A DNA stretch of 60,490 nucleotides, from contig CAZLTC010000009.1 of NCBI GenBank assembly GCA_964562405.1, positions 1 to 60,490 on the forward strand, written 5' to 3'. Positions 25,575-33,538 of the stretch are shown here, piece after piece. Each line of letters opens with the position of its first letter. Position 1 is the stretch's first letter. The translations under genes were made by a program, and so were the position numbers. Below the pieces are notes generated by a model. That model was given only the letters and a program-made list of their open reading frames with translations. It was not told the origin of the DNA and made no database searches. The DNA is from an uncultured bacterium. Its GTDB lineage: Bacteria; Joyebacterota; Joyebacteria; Joyebacterales; Joyebacteraceae.

Positions 25575-26572
25575 TCGCGTGCCCTCCGCTCGAGCAGCTC
25601 GACGGCCGCGGCCAGGACCTCGTCGACGCCGACCTTCAGCATGCAGTCCCAGTGGCCGGACCGGCAGCGCCGCCCGCCGAAGAACGAGCATGCGCTGCAC
25701 TGAAGGCCCGCGTAGATGAGGGCGTGCCTCTCGAAATCGAACTGGGATGGATCGGTCGGGCCGAACACGGCGACCGTGGGAACGTCGAGCGCCATCGAGA
25801 TGTGAGTCAGGCCGCTGTCGTTTCCGACGAAGAGCGCAGCCCTGCTCACGAGGGCCGCCGCCGCTCCGAGGCTCAGGAGCCCCGCGGCGCTCCGGGCGCC
25901 CGACGCGTCGGCCACGCGCGAGCAGAGGTCTCTCTCGGCCGGCCCTCCGAGCGCGACGACGGGCAGGTCGAGATCACCGGTTAGCCGAGTGGACAGTGAC
26001 GCGAAGCGCTCCTCGGGCCACATCTTCGTGGCCCAGACGGAACCCGGCACGACGACCGCGAAGCCCCGCTCCGGAAGCCCGAGTTCGCCGATCACGGACG
26101 CGGCCGCGGCGGCCGCCCCGGACGGGAGGTGAAAGCGCGGGCGCGCGTACGGATGGGGAATACCGAGGGGCTCGAGGGCGTCCAGGTAGCGTTCCACCGT
26201 GCGCTTGCTCGCGCGGTACGGTCGCCGTAGCACTCTCACCAGCGCGCCGTCGAACCTGTCGCGCTTTGCGTAGCGAGAGACCACGGACGCTCCGGAGCGA
26301 CGCGACAGGTAGCGGCTCCGTGCGTTCGAGTGCAGATCGATGACGTGAGTGTATCCGGCCTCGCGTATCTCGAGTGCGAGACGGTTCAGACTCTTGAACG
26401 AGTCGTCGGGAAGCGTGTGCACGCGATCGAGGGCGGGGTTCCCCCCGACGAGTTCGCGGAAGCGCTCCTTGAGTGCGAAGCCGATCCCCGCATCGGGGTG
26501 GGCCGCCCTGACGGCGGCCACGACGGGCTCGGTAAGCACAACGTCGCCGATCGAGCTCATGCGGATGATCAG
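25571..26572 (-). CDS. Glycosyltransferase family 9 (heptosyltransferase type); start codon unresolved
   Basis: Motifs: NYLIIRMSSIGDVVLTEPVVAAVRAAHP...; FVGNDSGLTHISMALDVPTVAVFGPT; CSACSFFGGRRC. There is no ATG/GTG/TTG between the msbA stop (26604) and the conserved first strand. The 5' end is set provisionally at CTG 26572, which has GGAG 7 nt upstream. The first ATG is 26560. Confidence 0.7.
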   Translation of the reverse strand: MIIRMSSIGDVVLTEPVVAAVRAAHPDAGIGFALKERFRELVGGNPALDRVHTLPDDSFKSLNRLALEIREAGYTHVIDLHSNARSRYLSRRSGASVVSRYAKRDRFDGALVRVLRRPYRASKRTVERYLDALEPLGIPHPYARPRFHLPSGAAAAAASVIGELGLPERGFAVVVPGSVWATKMWPEERFASLSTRLTGDLDLPVVALGGPAERDLCSRVADASGARSAAGLLSLGAAAALVSRAALFVGNDSGLTHISMALDVPTVAVFGPTDPSQFDFERHALIYAGLQCSACSFFGGRRCRSGHWDCMLKVGVDEVLAAAVELLERRARE

Positions 26573-26603
26573 GTAGTTGCTCCGGGAGCGGGTCGCCCCG
26601 GCG

Positions 26604-28628
26604 TCAGCCGCGTTGCTCGCGCGGCGGCTCGTCCCTGAACTGCATGTCGTAGAGGTGCCGATAGAGCCCTCCCCGGTCGAGCAGCGCCTGATGGGAGCCG
26701 GTCTCCACGATCCTGCCGCGGTCGAGCACGATGATCCGGTCGGCATTGCTGACAGTGGACAGGCGGTGCGCGATGACGAGCACGGTTCGCCCCTCGAGCA
26801 GGTGCTCGATGGCGTGCTGCACGAGTCTCTCGGATTCGGTGTCGAGGGACGATGTCGCCTCGTCGAAGACCAGTATCGGTGGGTTCTTCAGTATGGCGCG
26901 CGCGATGGCGATCCTCTGACGCTGGCCGCCGGACAGCTTGACGCCGCGTTCGCCGACGATCGTGTCGTAGCCATGGGGCATCGCTTGTATGAACTCGTGA
27001 GCGCTGGCGGCGCGGGCCGCCTCCTCCACGCTCTCACTTCCGGCGCCGTCCAGCCCATATGCTATGTTGTTACGCACGGTATCGTTGAACAGGATCGTCT
27101 CCTGTGTCACGATGCCGAGGAGGCCCCGCAGTGAGGCCACGTCGACGTCGCGCAGGTCGAGACCATCCAGCGTTATGCGCCCGCCGATCGGGTCGTAGAA
27201 CCTGGGAAGGAGATCGAGCAACGTCGACTTCCCCGCGCCCGAGGGCCCCACGACGGCGATGACCTCTCCCTTTCGGACCTCCAGGTCGATCTCGTGCAGG
27301 ACCTCGTCGCCCGAATCGTACCGGAACGACACGTCCTCGTAGCGGATCCGGTCGCCAAAGCCGTCCACCGCGACCGCCCCCGGCTTGTTGGCGACCGCCG
27401 GCCGCTCGTCCAGGATCCGGAAGATCCTGCCGGCGGCCGCCATGCCCACCTGTATCTCGTTGTAGGCCTTCGAGAGAGTGCGGAGCGGCTGGAGCGTCGA
27501 GAGAGTGGCCGCCAGGAAGATGATGAACCAGTCCGGGGAGACCGTTCCCGTCACCAGGACCTGTCGCCCGCCGTACCACAGTATGATCACGACGCCGATG
27601 ACACCCAGGTACTCGATCAACGGCCCCGCCATCGCACCCAGAACTTCCATCCGCACGTACGTCCTGAAGTACTCCCGCGTGTGCGCGAAGAAGCGCCGGC
27701 GTTCATAGTCCTCCATCCCGAAGGCCTTGACGACACGCACTCCGGCTATCGTCTCTTCGAGCGTAGACGTTATGTCGGCCATCTTCTCCTGGATGCGGCG
27801 GCTCCTCTTTCTCAGCCTCTGGCCTATCCTCGCCATCACCACGATGATCGGCGGAAGCACCGCGAAGGTGATCACGGCCATCTTCCAGCTGATCCAGATC
27901 GCGACGCCGAGATACAGGCACGTGAGCAGCGAATCCCTGAAGAGGTTCGCGAGGCTGGCGACCAGCGCCCGGCGGACCAGCGTGACGTCGTTCGTTATCC
28001 TCGAAATGAGCTGCCCGGTCTTCTCCGTGTGAAAGAACGAGAGCGATAGCTCCGAGACCCGCGTGAACAGCTTGTTCCTGAGGTCACGTATGACGCTCTG
28101 CTCCACGGTAATCATAAGCAGAGACTGGAGATAGCCGAATACGCCCTTCACGAAGAAGACGATCATGAGCGCCAGGCATATCTTCCGGAGCGCCCCGGCG
28201 GCGGAATCGCTGGCGAAGAGCCCGAGCATGCGCGCCTTCAACTGCTCCTTGAGGCTCTGCATCGAATCGACCACCGAGCCCGGCTGGAGCGGAGTCGCTT
28301 CCGCCGGCGTCGAGGAGACGCCGCTCACGGCGCCGCCCGGCTTCCCGGCGGTCGTCTCGGCGGACGGGCCACCGGAGGTCCCCTCCGGCGCGCCCACCGT
28401 CGTCTCCGTATCGGCCCCGGGGGCTCCACCGACATCGAACAGCTGCGATGCAGTCGTCGTGTCGCTCCCGACGAGCGCGCGCTCACGGAAGAGCACGTTG
28501 ACGAAAGGAAGTATCATGCCGAGCGAAACGCCGGACAGGATCGCGAACACGGCCATGCACATGAACGCCGCCAGAAGGCGGCGCCAGTAGGGTCTTACGT
28601 AGCTAAGGAGCCTCAGGTAGTTCCGCAT
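26604..28628 (-). CDS. msbA: MsbA-like ABC exporter (fused TMD-NBD), probable lipid A-core flippase, with an extended first external loop
   Basis: 674 aa. Motifs: FFHTEKTGQLISRITNDV (TMD), Walker A GPSGAGKST, signature LSGGQRQR, Walker B ILVFDEATSSLD, H-loop IAHRL. It is embedded in the LPS glycosyltransferase operon. Confidence 0.8.
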   Translation of the reverse strand: MRNYLRLLSYVRPYWRRLLAAFMCMAVFAILSGVSLGMILPFVNVLFRERALVGSDTTTASQLFDVGGAPGADTETTVGAPEGTSGGPSAETTAGKPGGAVSGVSSTPAEATPLQPGSVVDSMQSLKEQLKARMLGLFASDSAAGALRKICLALMIVFFVKGVFGYLQSLLMITVEQSVIRDLRNKLFTRVSELSLSFFHTEKTGQLISRITNDVTLVRRALVASLANLFRDSLLTCLYLGVAIWISWKMAVITFAVLPPIIVVMARIGQRLRKRSRRIQEKMADITSTLEETIAGVRVVKAFGMEDYERRRFFAHTREYFRTYVRMEVLGAMAGPLIEYLGVIGVVIILWYGGRQVLVTGTVSPDWFIIFLAATLSTLQPLRTLSKAYNEIQVGMAAAGRIFRILDERPAVANKPGAVAVDGFGDRIRYEDVSFRYDSGDEVLHEIDLEVRKGEVIAVVGPSGAGKSTLLDLLPRFYDPIGGRITLDGLDLRDVDVASLRGLLGIVTQETILFNDTVRNNIAYGLDGAGSESVEEAARAASAHEFIQAMPHGYDTIVGERGVKLSGGQRQRIAIARAILKNPPILVFDEATSSLDTESERLVQHAIEHLLEGRTVLVIAHRLSTVSNADRIIVLDRGRIVETGSHQALLDRGGLYRHLYDMQFRDEPPREQRG

Positions 28629-28637
28629 CTCACCTCA

Positions 28638-29771
28638 TCACCCTGCACCCGCGCCCGCAAGAAGCACCGACTGCGTGCGCTCTATGAACTCCTCGATCGG
28701 AAAGCGCTCCCCTGGGACGAGGTTGATGACCTCCAGGCAGCTGGACTCCGGGAACGCCGACTCGTCGCTCTCGCGGGGCGGCATCAGCGCTACCGTCGGG
28801 ATTCCCATGGCGACGGCGAAGTAGACGAGATCCGTGTTGCCCGCCACGAACAGGTCGCACTCACCCAGCAGGCTGACAACGTCGCGCATCTTGCGCTGCT
28901 GCACGATGATCGGGTCGCGCGACAGCATCCCCTCGAGCCGCTTCGCGGTCTCGTGATGCTCCGGGGCGGTAAGGAGTATGGCCCTGGCCTTGTAGTCGGA
29001 GCAGAGCCGGTCAAGCAGGCGCGCCTGCTGCGAGAGCGATATGGAGCTGCCTCCGCGGCCGGGCGCAGGGTCGAAACCCACGAGGAGTTCGTCCTCCCTG
29101 GGCTTGCGAAAGTGGACCAGCTGCTCGGCCAGACGCTTCTCGCGGTCGGGCACCTGCCAGCTCAGGCCGAGCGAGCGAGTGTCGGCGCCCATGACTCGCG
29201 CTATCTCCAGGCCGAGCTGCGCGCGCGTCCTCCCGGAGACATTGCGGCTGACCTCCAGGTTGAGGAACGGGTGGCTCTCGTCGCTCTGTAGACCGGCCCT
29301 TATGAGCGCCCCTGTCGCGTAGCAGATGAACGCGCGCTCGAGGTTGAACTCGCGGTCGAGCAGGATCACGATGTCGAACCTGTACGACTTCATCCTTCGG
29401 GCCAGGGACGACAGCGAGGAGAGCCTCTTGATCCCGCCGGGCAAGGTATACCCTACGACCCTGTCGACCTCCGGCAGCCCGTCCAGAAGATCGCGGTCCT
29501 CCTCTTCGACGAGGACCGCGATCTTGCCCTCCGGGAATCCTCTTCTCATGGCGCGGATCGTCGGCATCGCGAAGAGCGCGCCGATCACGCCGCGCTCGGG
29601 CACGACGAGCATCCGCTGCACGTTCACGAACGCCTCGGCGAACGACACGAGTTCCGGATTCTTGAATCGAAGGAGGTACCAGTTGATGAGGCGGGCGAGA
29701 GATGGCGAACCTTCGCCCCGGGACCGGTTGGGCCCGCTGCGCCCTGCCCCCCTGCCTGTCTGGCTGGTCAT
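28638..29771 (-). CDS. Divergent GT9-fold protein lacking the canonical heptosyltransferase motifs
   Basis: Trimmed to ATG 29771. RMLVVPERGVIGALFAMPTIRAMRRGFPEGKI aligns to the GT9 N-terminal ..iGDvvlttP.. segment without the GD. DLFVAGNTDLVYFAVAMGIPTVALM aligns to ..GNDSGpmHlAaA.g.P.vaLfG without DSG..H. Confidence 0.6.
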   Translation of the reverse strand: MTSQTGRGAGRSGPNRSRGEGSPSLARLINWYLLRFKNPELVSFAEAFVNVQRMLVVPERGVIGALFAMPTIRAMRRGFPEGKIAVLVEEEDRDLLDGLPEVDRVVGYTLPGGIKRLSSLSSLARRMKSYRFDIVILLDREFNLERAFICYATGALIRAGLQSDESHPFLNLEVSRNVSGRTRAQLGLEIARVMGADTRSLGLSWQVPDREKRLAEQLVHFRKPREDELLVGFDPAPGRGGSSISLSQQARLLDRLCSDYKARAILLTAPEHHETAKRLEGMLSRDPIIVQQRKMRDVVSLLGECDLFVAGNTDLVYFAVAMGIPTVALMPPRESDESAFPESSCLEVINLVPGERFPIEEFIERTQSVLLAGAGAG

Positions 29772-29882
29772 TGGCTCATCCCGGAGTGACCGACTGGAGC
29801 GCGGTCCTGTGAAGCACGCGGGCGCGGGCGCCGCTCCTACACACACGTTGACGCCTCGGCCCGCAGCAGCCCGATGGCACGT

Positions 29883-29912
29883 AGGCTAGCAGAGGTCTCT
29901 TCGAAGTGTCAA
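29883..29912 (-). promoter_or_regulatory. Sigma70-type promoter of the LPS-core operon: TTGACA-N15-TGc-TAGCCT
   Basis: - strand: TTGACA (29912->29907), an 18-nt spacer ending in TGC (extended -10), then TAGCCT (29888->29883). It lies about 110 nt upstream of ATG 29771. Confidence 0.5.
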
Positions 29913-29987
29913 CCGTTTTCTGTCGGCCTAACCGACCGCGCCATCGTCAATTGCCGCCATCGAGGTCTACTCCCCCGCAGGCCGGTC

Positions 29988-29996
29988 TGGTAGACT
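29988..29996 (+). promoter_or_regulatory. Extended -10 element TGgTAGACT, placed to give a leaderless transcript starting at ATG 30003
   Basis: TGG at 29988-29990 and TAGACT at 29991-29996. Only 6 nt (tctgcc) separate the -10 from the A of ATG 30003. There is no SD-like purine run in the 25 nt upstream, and no good -35. Confidence 0.4.
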
Positions 29997-30002
29997 TCTG
30001 CC

Positions 30003-32309
30003 ATGTCGAACTCACGACGTGCGCCGACATCTCCCACGCGAGGGGCCACGGCCTTCGCGGTCGCGGTGGCCGGATACGCGGCTCTCTCCGCCCAGACGCT
30101 CCTTCTCCGGGAGCTGATGGTCGCCTGGCGGGGCAACGAGATGTCGTTCGGTCTCACGCTGGCCGTCTGGCTGCTGTCCACCGGCGCCGGGGGCGCGGCA
30201 TACGGGCTCGTCTCACGGCGCTTCCGGCCCGGTGCCCGGGAGCTTGCTCTTTGGCTGACCGCTCTCGGGCTTCTGGTCCCAGCCTCGCTGATGGCGGCCA
30301 GATTCGCCAGGCTGGCGCTCGGCGCTCCGGCCGGCGAGCTGGCGGGCGTGACCCGGCTGCTGTCGGCCGCCGCGATCTCGGTGATCCCGTTCGCTCTGGC
30401 GGGCGGATTCGTCTTCTCATGCTCCATCTTCGTGATGTCGGCCCGGGAGACAAGCGGCCCATCGGCCGTGGGGCGCGCATACGTGCTCGAGGCCCTGGGG
30501 GCGGTGGCCGCGGGAGTTCTCATGAGCTTCCTGCTGTTGCCGCGCATGAGCCCGACGGGCACCGCCTTCATCGCCACCGCCGCCTGCACGGGAGCCGCCG
30601 CTCTCCTGGCGGCGGGCGTCCGGGCGCGCGGCAGAGCGGTGGCGCTTCCCGTGGCCCTGAGTGTCGTTACGGCGCTCTTCGCTGCCGGAGCCGGGACCGC
30701 CGCGGGCCGACTCGACGACGTCACCGTCGCCGCGCAGTGGAAGACGCTCGGGTTCCGCTCGCAGGTGAACTCGGTGTACGGGCGCGTCGTCACGACCGAG
30801 GTCGGAACCCAGAAGAGCGTCTACGAGTCCGGAGTGCTCACGGCCTCTGCGCCGGACCGCATGGCGGCCGAGGAGGCAGTGCACGTCACCATGCTTCAGC
30901 ACCCCGCTCCCAAGCGGGTCCTCATGCTTGGCGGGTGCCTCGGGGGCGCCGTCGCGGAGGTCCTCAAGCACCCGAGCGTTGCGAGCGTCGACTGCGTGGA
31001 GTTGGACGCCGCCGCCGTGGCCGAGGCGCGCGCCCGCTTCGGAGGCGCCATGACCGCGGGGCTTGAGGACCCGCGCGTCACCCTTCACTACGGAGACCCA
31101 AGGTTCTTCGTCAAGAGATCCACGGATACGTACGATGTCGTCATCGTATCCGCTCCAGACCCGACCACAGCCAGGCTCAACAGGCTCTACACGCTGGAGT
31201 TCTTCGAGGAGCTCCATTCGGTCCTCGCGGGTGGAGGCGTGCTGGGACTCACGCTCTCTTCAGCGGACAACTACGTCAGCGAGGAACTCGCGGCGGTTCT
31301 CGCCTGCGAGAGGAATACCCTGTCGCGGGTGTTTGACAACGTGCTTCTGACGCCCGGCGACCCCTGTCACCTCCTCGCATCGCTGGCCGGGACTCCGCTT
31401 ACCAGGGACCCGGCAGAACTCGCAAGAAGAGTCTCGCTTCGCGGCCTCGACCTCGCCTACATTCGCGACTACTACATCGCCGACAGGTTCTCGCAGGAGC
31501 GGGCCGCCGAACTCGACGAGGCCCTGTCGCTGGCCACACCCGCGCTGAATACCGATCTCAGACCGAGCGGTTACTACCTGAGCCTCCTGGTCTGGGATCG
31601 CCAGCTCTCGGGCGAGCGTCGCGTCCTCGCGGGCGCCTCGCGGCACGTCACCCTGGGCAACGCCGCACTCGCCGCCATCGTCCTGGGGCTGGTCGGATTG
31701 CTCTCCCTCGCCCGCAGGGGATGCGACAGGCTGCGTGGTCCCGTCTTCCTGTCGGTTTTCGTGGTGGGACTCACCGAGATGAGCCTCGAGATCGCGTCGC
31801 TCATGACCTACCAGAGCCTCTACGGGTTCGTGTACGACCGCGTCGCGATGCTCGTGGCGGCCTTCATGGCGGGGCTGGCCGCCGGCGGCTGGCTGGGCAG
31901 AGGGGCGGTGCGGCGAGGAGCCGGGGTCCGCGCGTACGTTGGCGTGCAGGCGGCCATCATGTTGGTCCCGATCGGGCTCCTCAAGGCCGTGCAGCTGGTG
32001 TCGGCGCTCGGGACAGAGCGTCTCATGACCTGGTCGAACGCGTTCCCCGTGCTCGTCGTCGGAGCTGCGCTGCTGGCCGGAATCCAGTTCCCTCTCGCTG
32101 CCAGGCTCTGCATCGCGCCCGGGTCCGAGCCGGCCGCCACAGGCGGGCGGCTGTACGCGGCCGACCTCGCCGGCGCGGCGGTGGGCGCCCCGGCCGCGTC
32201 CATACTTCTCCTGCCGGTCCTGGGGCTGTCCGGGACCATGCTCGCACTCACCATCTTGAACGCGGGAGCGCTGGCGGCGCTCGCGATCCCGGCCTTCTTC
32301 GACCGCTGA
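30003..32309 (+). CDS. Polytopic membrane protein with a central spermidine-synthase-fold (SpeE-like) domain
   Basis: 768 aa. Multiple TM helices lie on both sides of a Rossmann methyltransferase-like core: VLMLGGCLGGAVAEVLKH, VDCVELDAAAV, DPRVTLHYGDPRFFV, YDVVIVSAPDPTTARLNRLYTLEFFEEL. These align motif by motif with SpeE. Confidence 0.8.
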   Translation: MSNSRRAPTSPTRGATAFAVAVAGYAALSAQTLLLRELMVAWRGNEMSFGLTLAVWLLSTGAGGAAYGLVSRRFRPGARELALWLTALGLLVPASLMAARFARLALGAPAGELAGVTRLLSAAAISVIPFALAGGFVFSCSIFVMSARETSGPSAVGRAYVLEALGAVAAGVLMSFLLLPRMSPTGTAFIATAACTGAAALLAAGVRARGRAVALPVALSVVTALFAAGAGTAAGRLDDVTVAAQWKTLGFRSQVNSVYGRVVTTEVGTQKSVYESGVLTASAPDRMAAEEAVHVTMLQHPAPKRVLMLGGCLGGAVAEVLKHPSVASVDCVELDAAAVAEARARFGGAMTAGLEDPRVTLHYGDPRFFVKRSTDTYDVVIVSAPDPTTARLNRLYTLEFFEELHSVLAGGGVLGLTLSSADNYVSEELAAVLACERNTLSRVFDNVLLTPGDPCHLLASLAGTPLTRDPAELARRVSLRGLDLAYIRDYYIADRFSQERAAELDEALSLATPALNTDLRPSGYYLSLLVWDRQLSGERRVLAGASRHVTLGNAALAAIVLGLVGLLSLARRGCDRLRGPVFLSVFVVGLTEMSLEIASLMTYQSLYGFVYDRVAMLVAAFMAGLAAGGWLGRGAVRRGAGVRAYVGVQAAIMLVPIGLLKAVQLVSALGTERLMTWSNAFPVLVVGAALLAGIQFPLAARLCIAPGSEPAATGGRLYAADLAGAAVGAPAASILLLPVLGLSGTMLALTILNAGALAALAIPAFFDR

Positions 32310-32310
32310 C

Positions 32311-32349
32311 GCGGAAAGCGAAACGGGGCCCCGATCGTGCGGGACCCCG
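32311..32349 (-). terminator. Intrinsic terminator of the beta-helix gene
   Basis: - strand RNA: CGGGGUCCC-GCACGAUC-GGGGCCCCG, a 9-bp stem with one G-U pair and an 8-nt loop, followed by UUUCGCUUUCC. On the + strand the same stem has a C-A mismatch and no U tract. Confidence 0.6.
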
Positions 32350-32379
32350 CTTCAAACGCTTCCATACCGCCGTCGCGAC

Positions 32380-33381
32380 CTAGCGGAAGAGAGCCTTGAT
32401 CGTTCCCCAGCTGGCCTGCTGGACCGGTGCGACGCAGCTAGTGCAACCTCCGCCGTAGGCCCCGATGGGCGTTCCGCCCTCGCCGAGCGTGACGAGGTCC
32501 GACGCGTAGCACACGTGGTAGTCGTAGCCCGCCTGCCCGGTGAAATCACAGTAATAGGGCTCGACCGAGACGTTGCCGTCGACGCCCGTCATGTCACTCA
32601 TGCCCGAGTAGTTCTCCGGTGGATCGCTCTCCGCGTCGTTCCAGTAGAGGTTGCAGTAGCTGATGAGCGGCGACGAGAGGTACGACTTGATGCCGTTCTT
32701 GCCGTTGTGGGTGATGTTCGAGCTGGTCACCTCGACGGCGCCGTCAAAGACGTACACGCCGTTGTCGAAGTTGCTGACGATCGTCGTGTGATCGATGACC
32801 GCAGGCGTCTCGCCGTTGCCGTACACATAGATGCCGTGGTGATCGCCTCTGGCAATGACGACATTGCGCACGGTCGGTGCGGACGGACTCGAATCGCTTC
32901 TCACGACGATGCCGGTCGACCCGTTGCTGATCGTCACCTGATCGATGATCGGGCTGGCACCGTCCACACAGCCGATGCCCGCGATGAGATTGCGGCCGTC
33001 GCCGTCCTCGAGCGGCGCACCACCTCGCGACAGTCCTCCCCGGATCGTGAGCTTGCTGATGACGGTCTCGGCGCCCACGTTCACGCAGAGGATACCGTAT
33101 TCCGCGTCGCCCTGGTCGATCTTGACGTCCTTCCTGTCCCGTCCCAGAAGAGTCACGCCGTTCTTCACGCTGACGACCGCCGTCCTGTTACCCAGCGGGG
33201 TCACGTAGAGTCGCACGCTGTCGTAGACCCCGGCGCTCACCAGCACCGTGTCCCCGGCCGACGCGTGGTCCATGGCCTGATTGATCTCGCGTATGTTGAG
33301 ATCGATATCGGGAACATTGAAGGTGGTGGCCCATGCCGTGGCCGCGAGGCACAAGAAGAGGGCCATCAGGAGTACACGCAT
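32380..33381 (-). CDS. Secreted right-handed parallel beta-helix repeat protein
   Basis: MRVLLMALFLCLAATAWA/TTF is a signal peptide. Repeated ~22-residue beta-helix turns follow (ISKLTIRGG.., VTISNGSTGIVV, VVIARGDHHGIYVYG, TTIVSNFDNGVYVF, SSNITHNGKNGIKS). The C-terminus is Cys-rich and ends GGGCTSCVAPVQQASWGTIKALFR. AGGAGG SD. Confidence 0.75.
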   Translation of the reverse strand: MRVLLMALFLCLAATAWATTFNVPDIDLNIREINQAMDHASAGDTVLVSAGVYDSVRLYVTPLGNRTAVVSVKNGVTLLGRDRKDVKIDQGDAEYGILCVNVGAETVISKLTIRGGLSRGGAPLEDGDGRNLIAGIGCVDGASPIIDQVTISNGSTGIVVRSDSSPSAPTVRNVVIARGDHHGIYVYGNGETPAVIDHTTIVSNFDNGVYVFDGAVEVTSSNITHNGKNGIKSYLSSPLISYCNLYWNDAESDPPENYSGMSDMTGVDGNVSVEPYYCDFTGQAGYDYHVCYASDLVTLGEGGTPIGAYGGGCTSCVAPVQQASWGTIKALFR

Positions 33382-33457
33382 CCGCTCCTCCTTCTTCGAT
33401 CCGTCTTTGATCGAATCGCCTCAGGGGGTCAAAATGGAATGTTCATGATCTTCTGTA

Positions 33458-33486
33458 ACTCTATGTCACGAGGTGCTCTCTGTCAA
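33458..33486 (-). promoter_or_regulatory. Sigma70-type promoter of the beta-helix gene: TTGACA-N17-TAGAGT
   Basis: - strand: TTGACA (33486->33481), 17-nt spacer, TAGAGT (33463->33458). It lies about 70 nt upstream of ATG 33381 in an AT-richer stretch. Confidence 0.55.
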
Positions 33487-33538
33487 CAACGGGTTCGCGC
33501 CCCGTGTGGCGTGCCGCCCGCCCCGCCACGACTGCCCC

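Noticed and set aside
26573-26746. Upstream ATG 26746 as the start of the third GT9 gene
   Set aside because: It would overlap msbA by 143 nt and add a non-homologous Ser/Thr/Gly-rich N-terminus. It is kept only as a formal alternative.
29909-30793. 294-aa - strand ORF opposite the SpeE-like gene
   Set aside because: It is Ala/Arg/Pro-rich without motifs. The + strand product has coherent TM helices and SpeE motifs.
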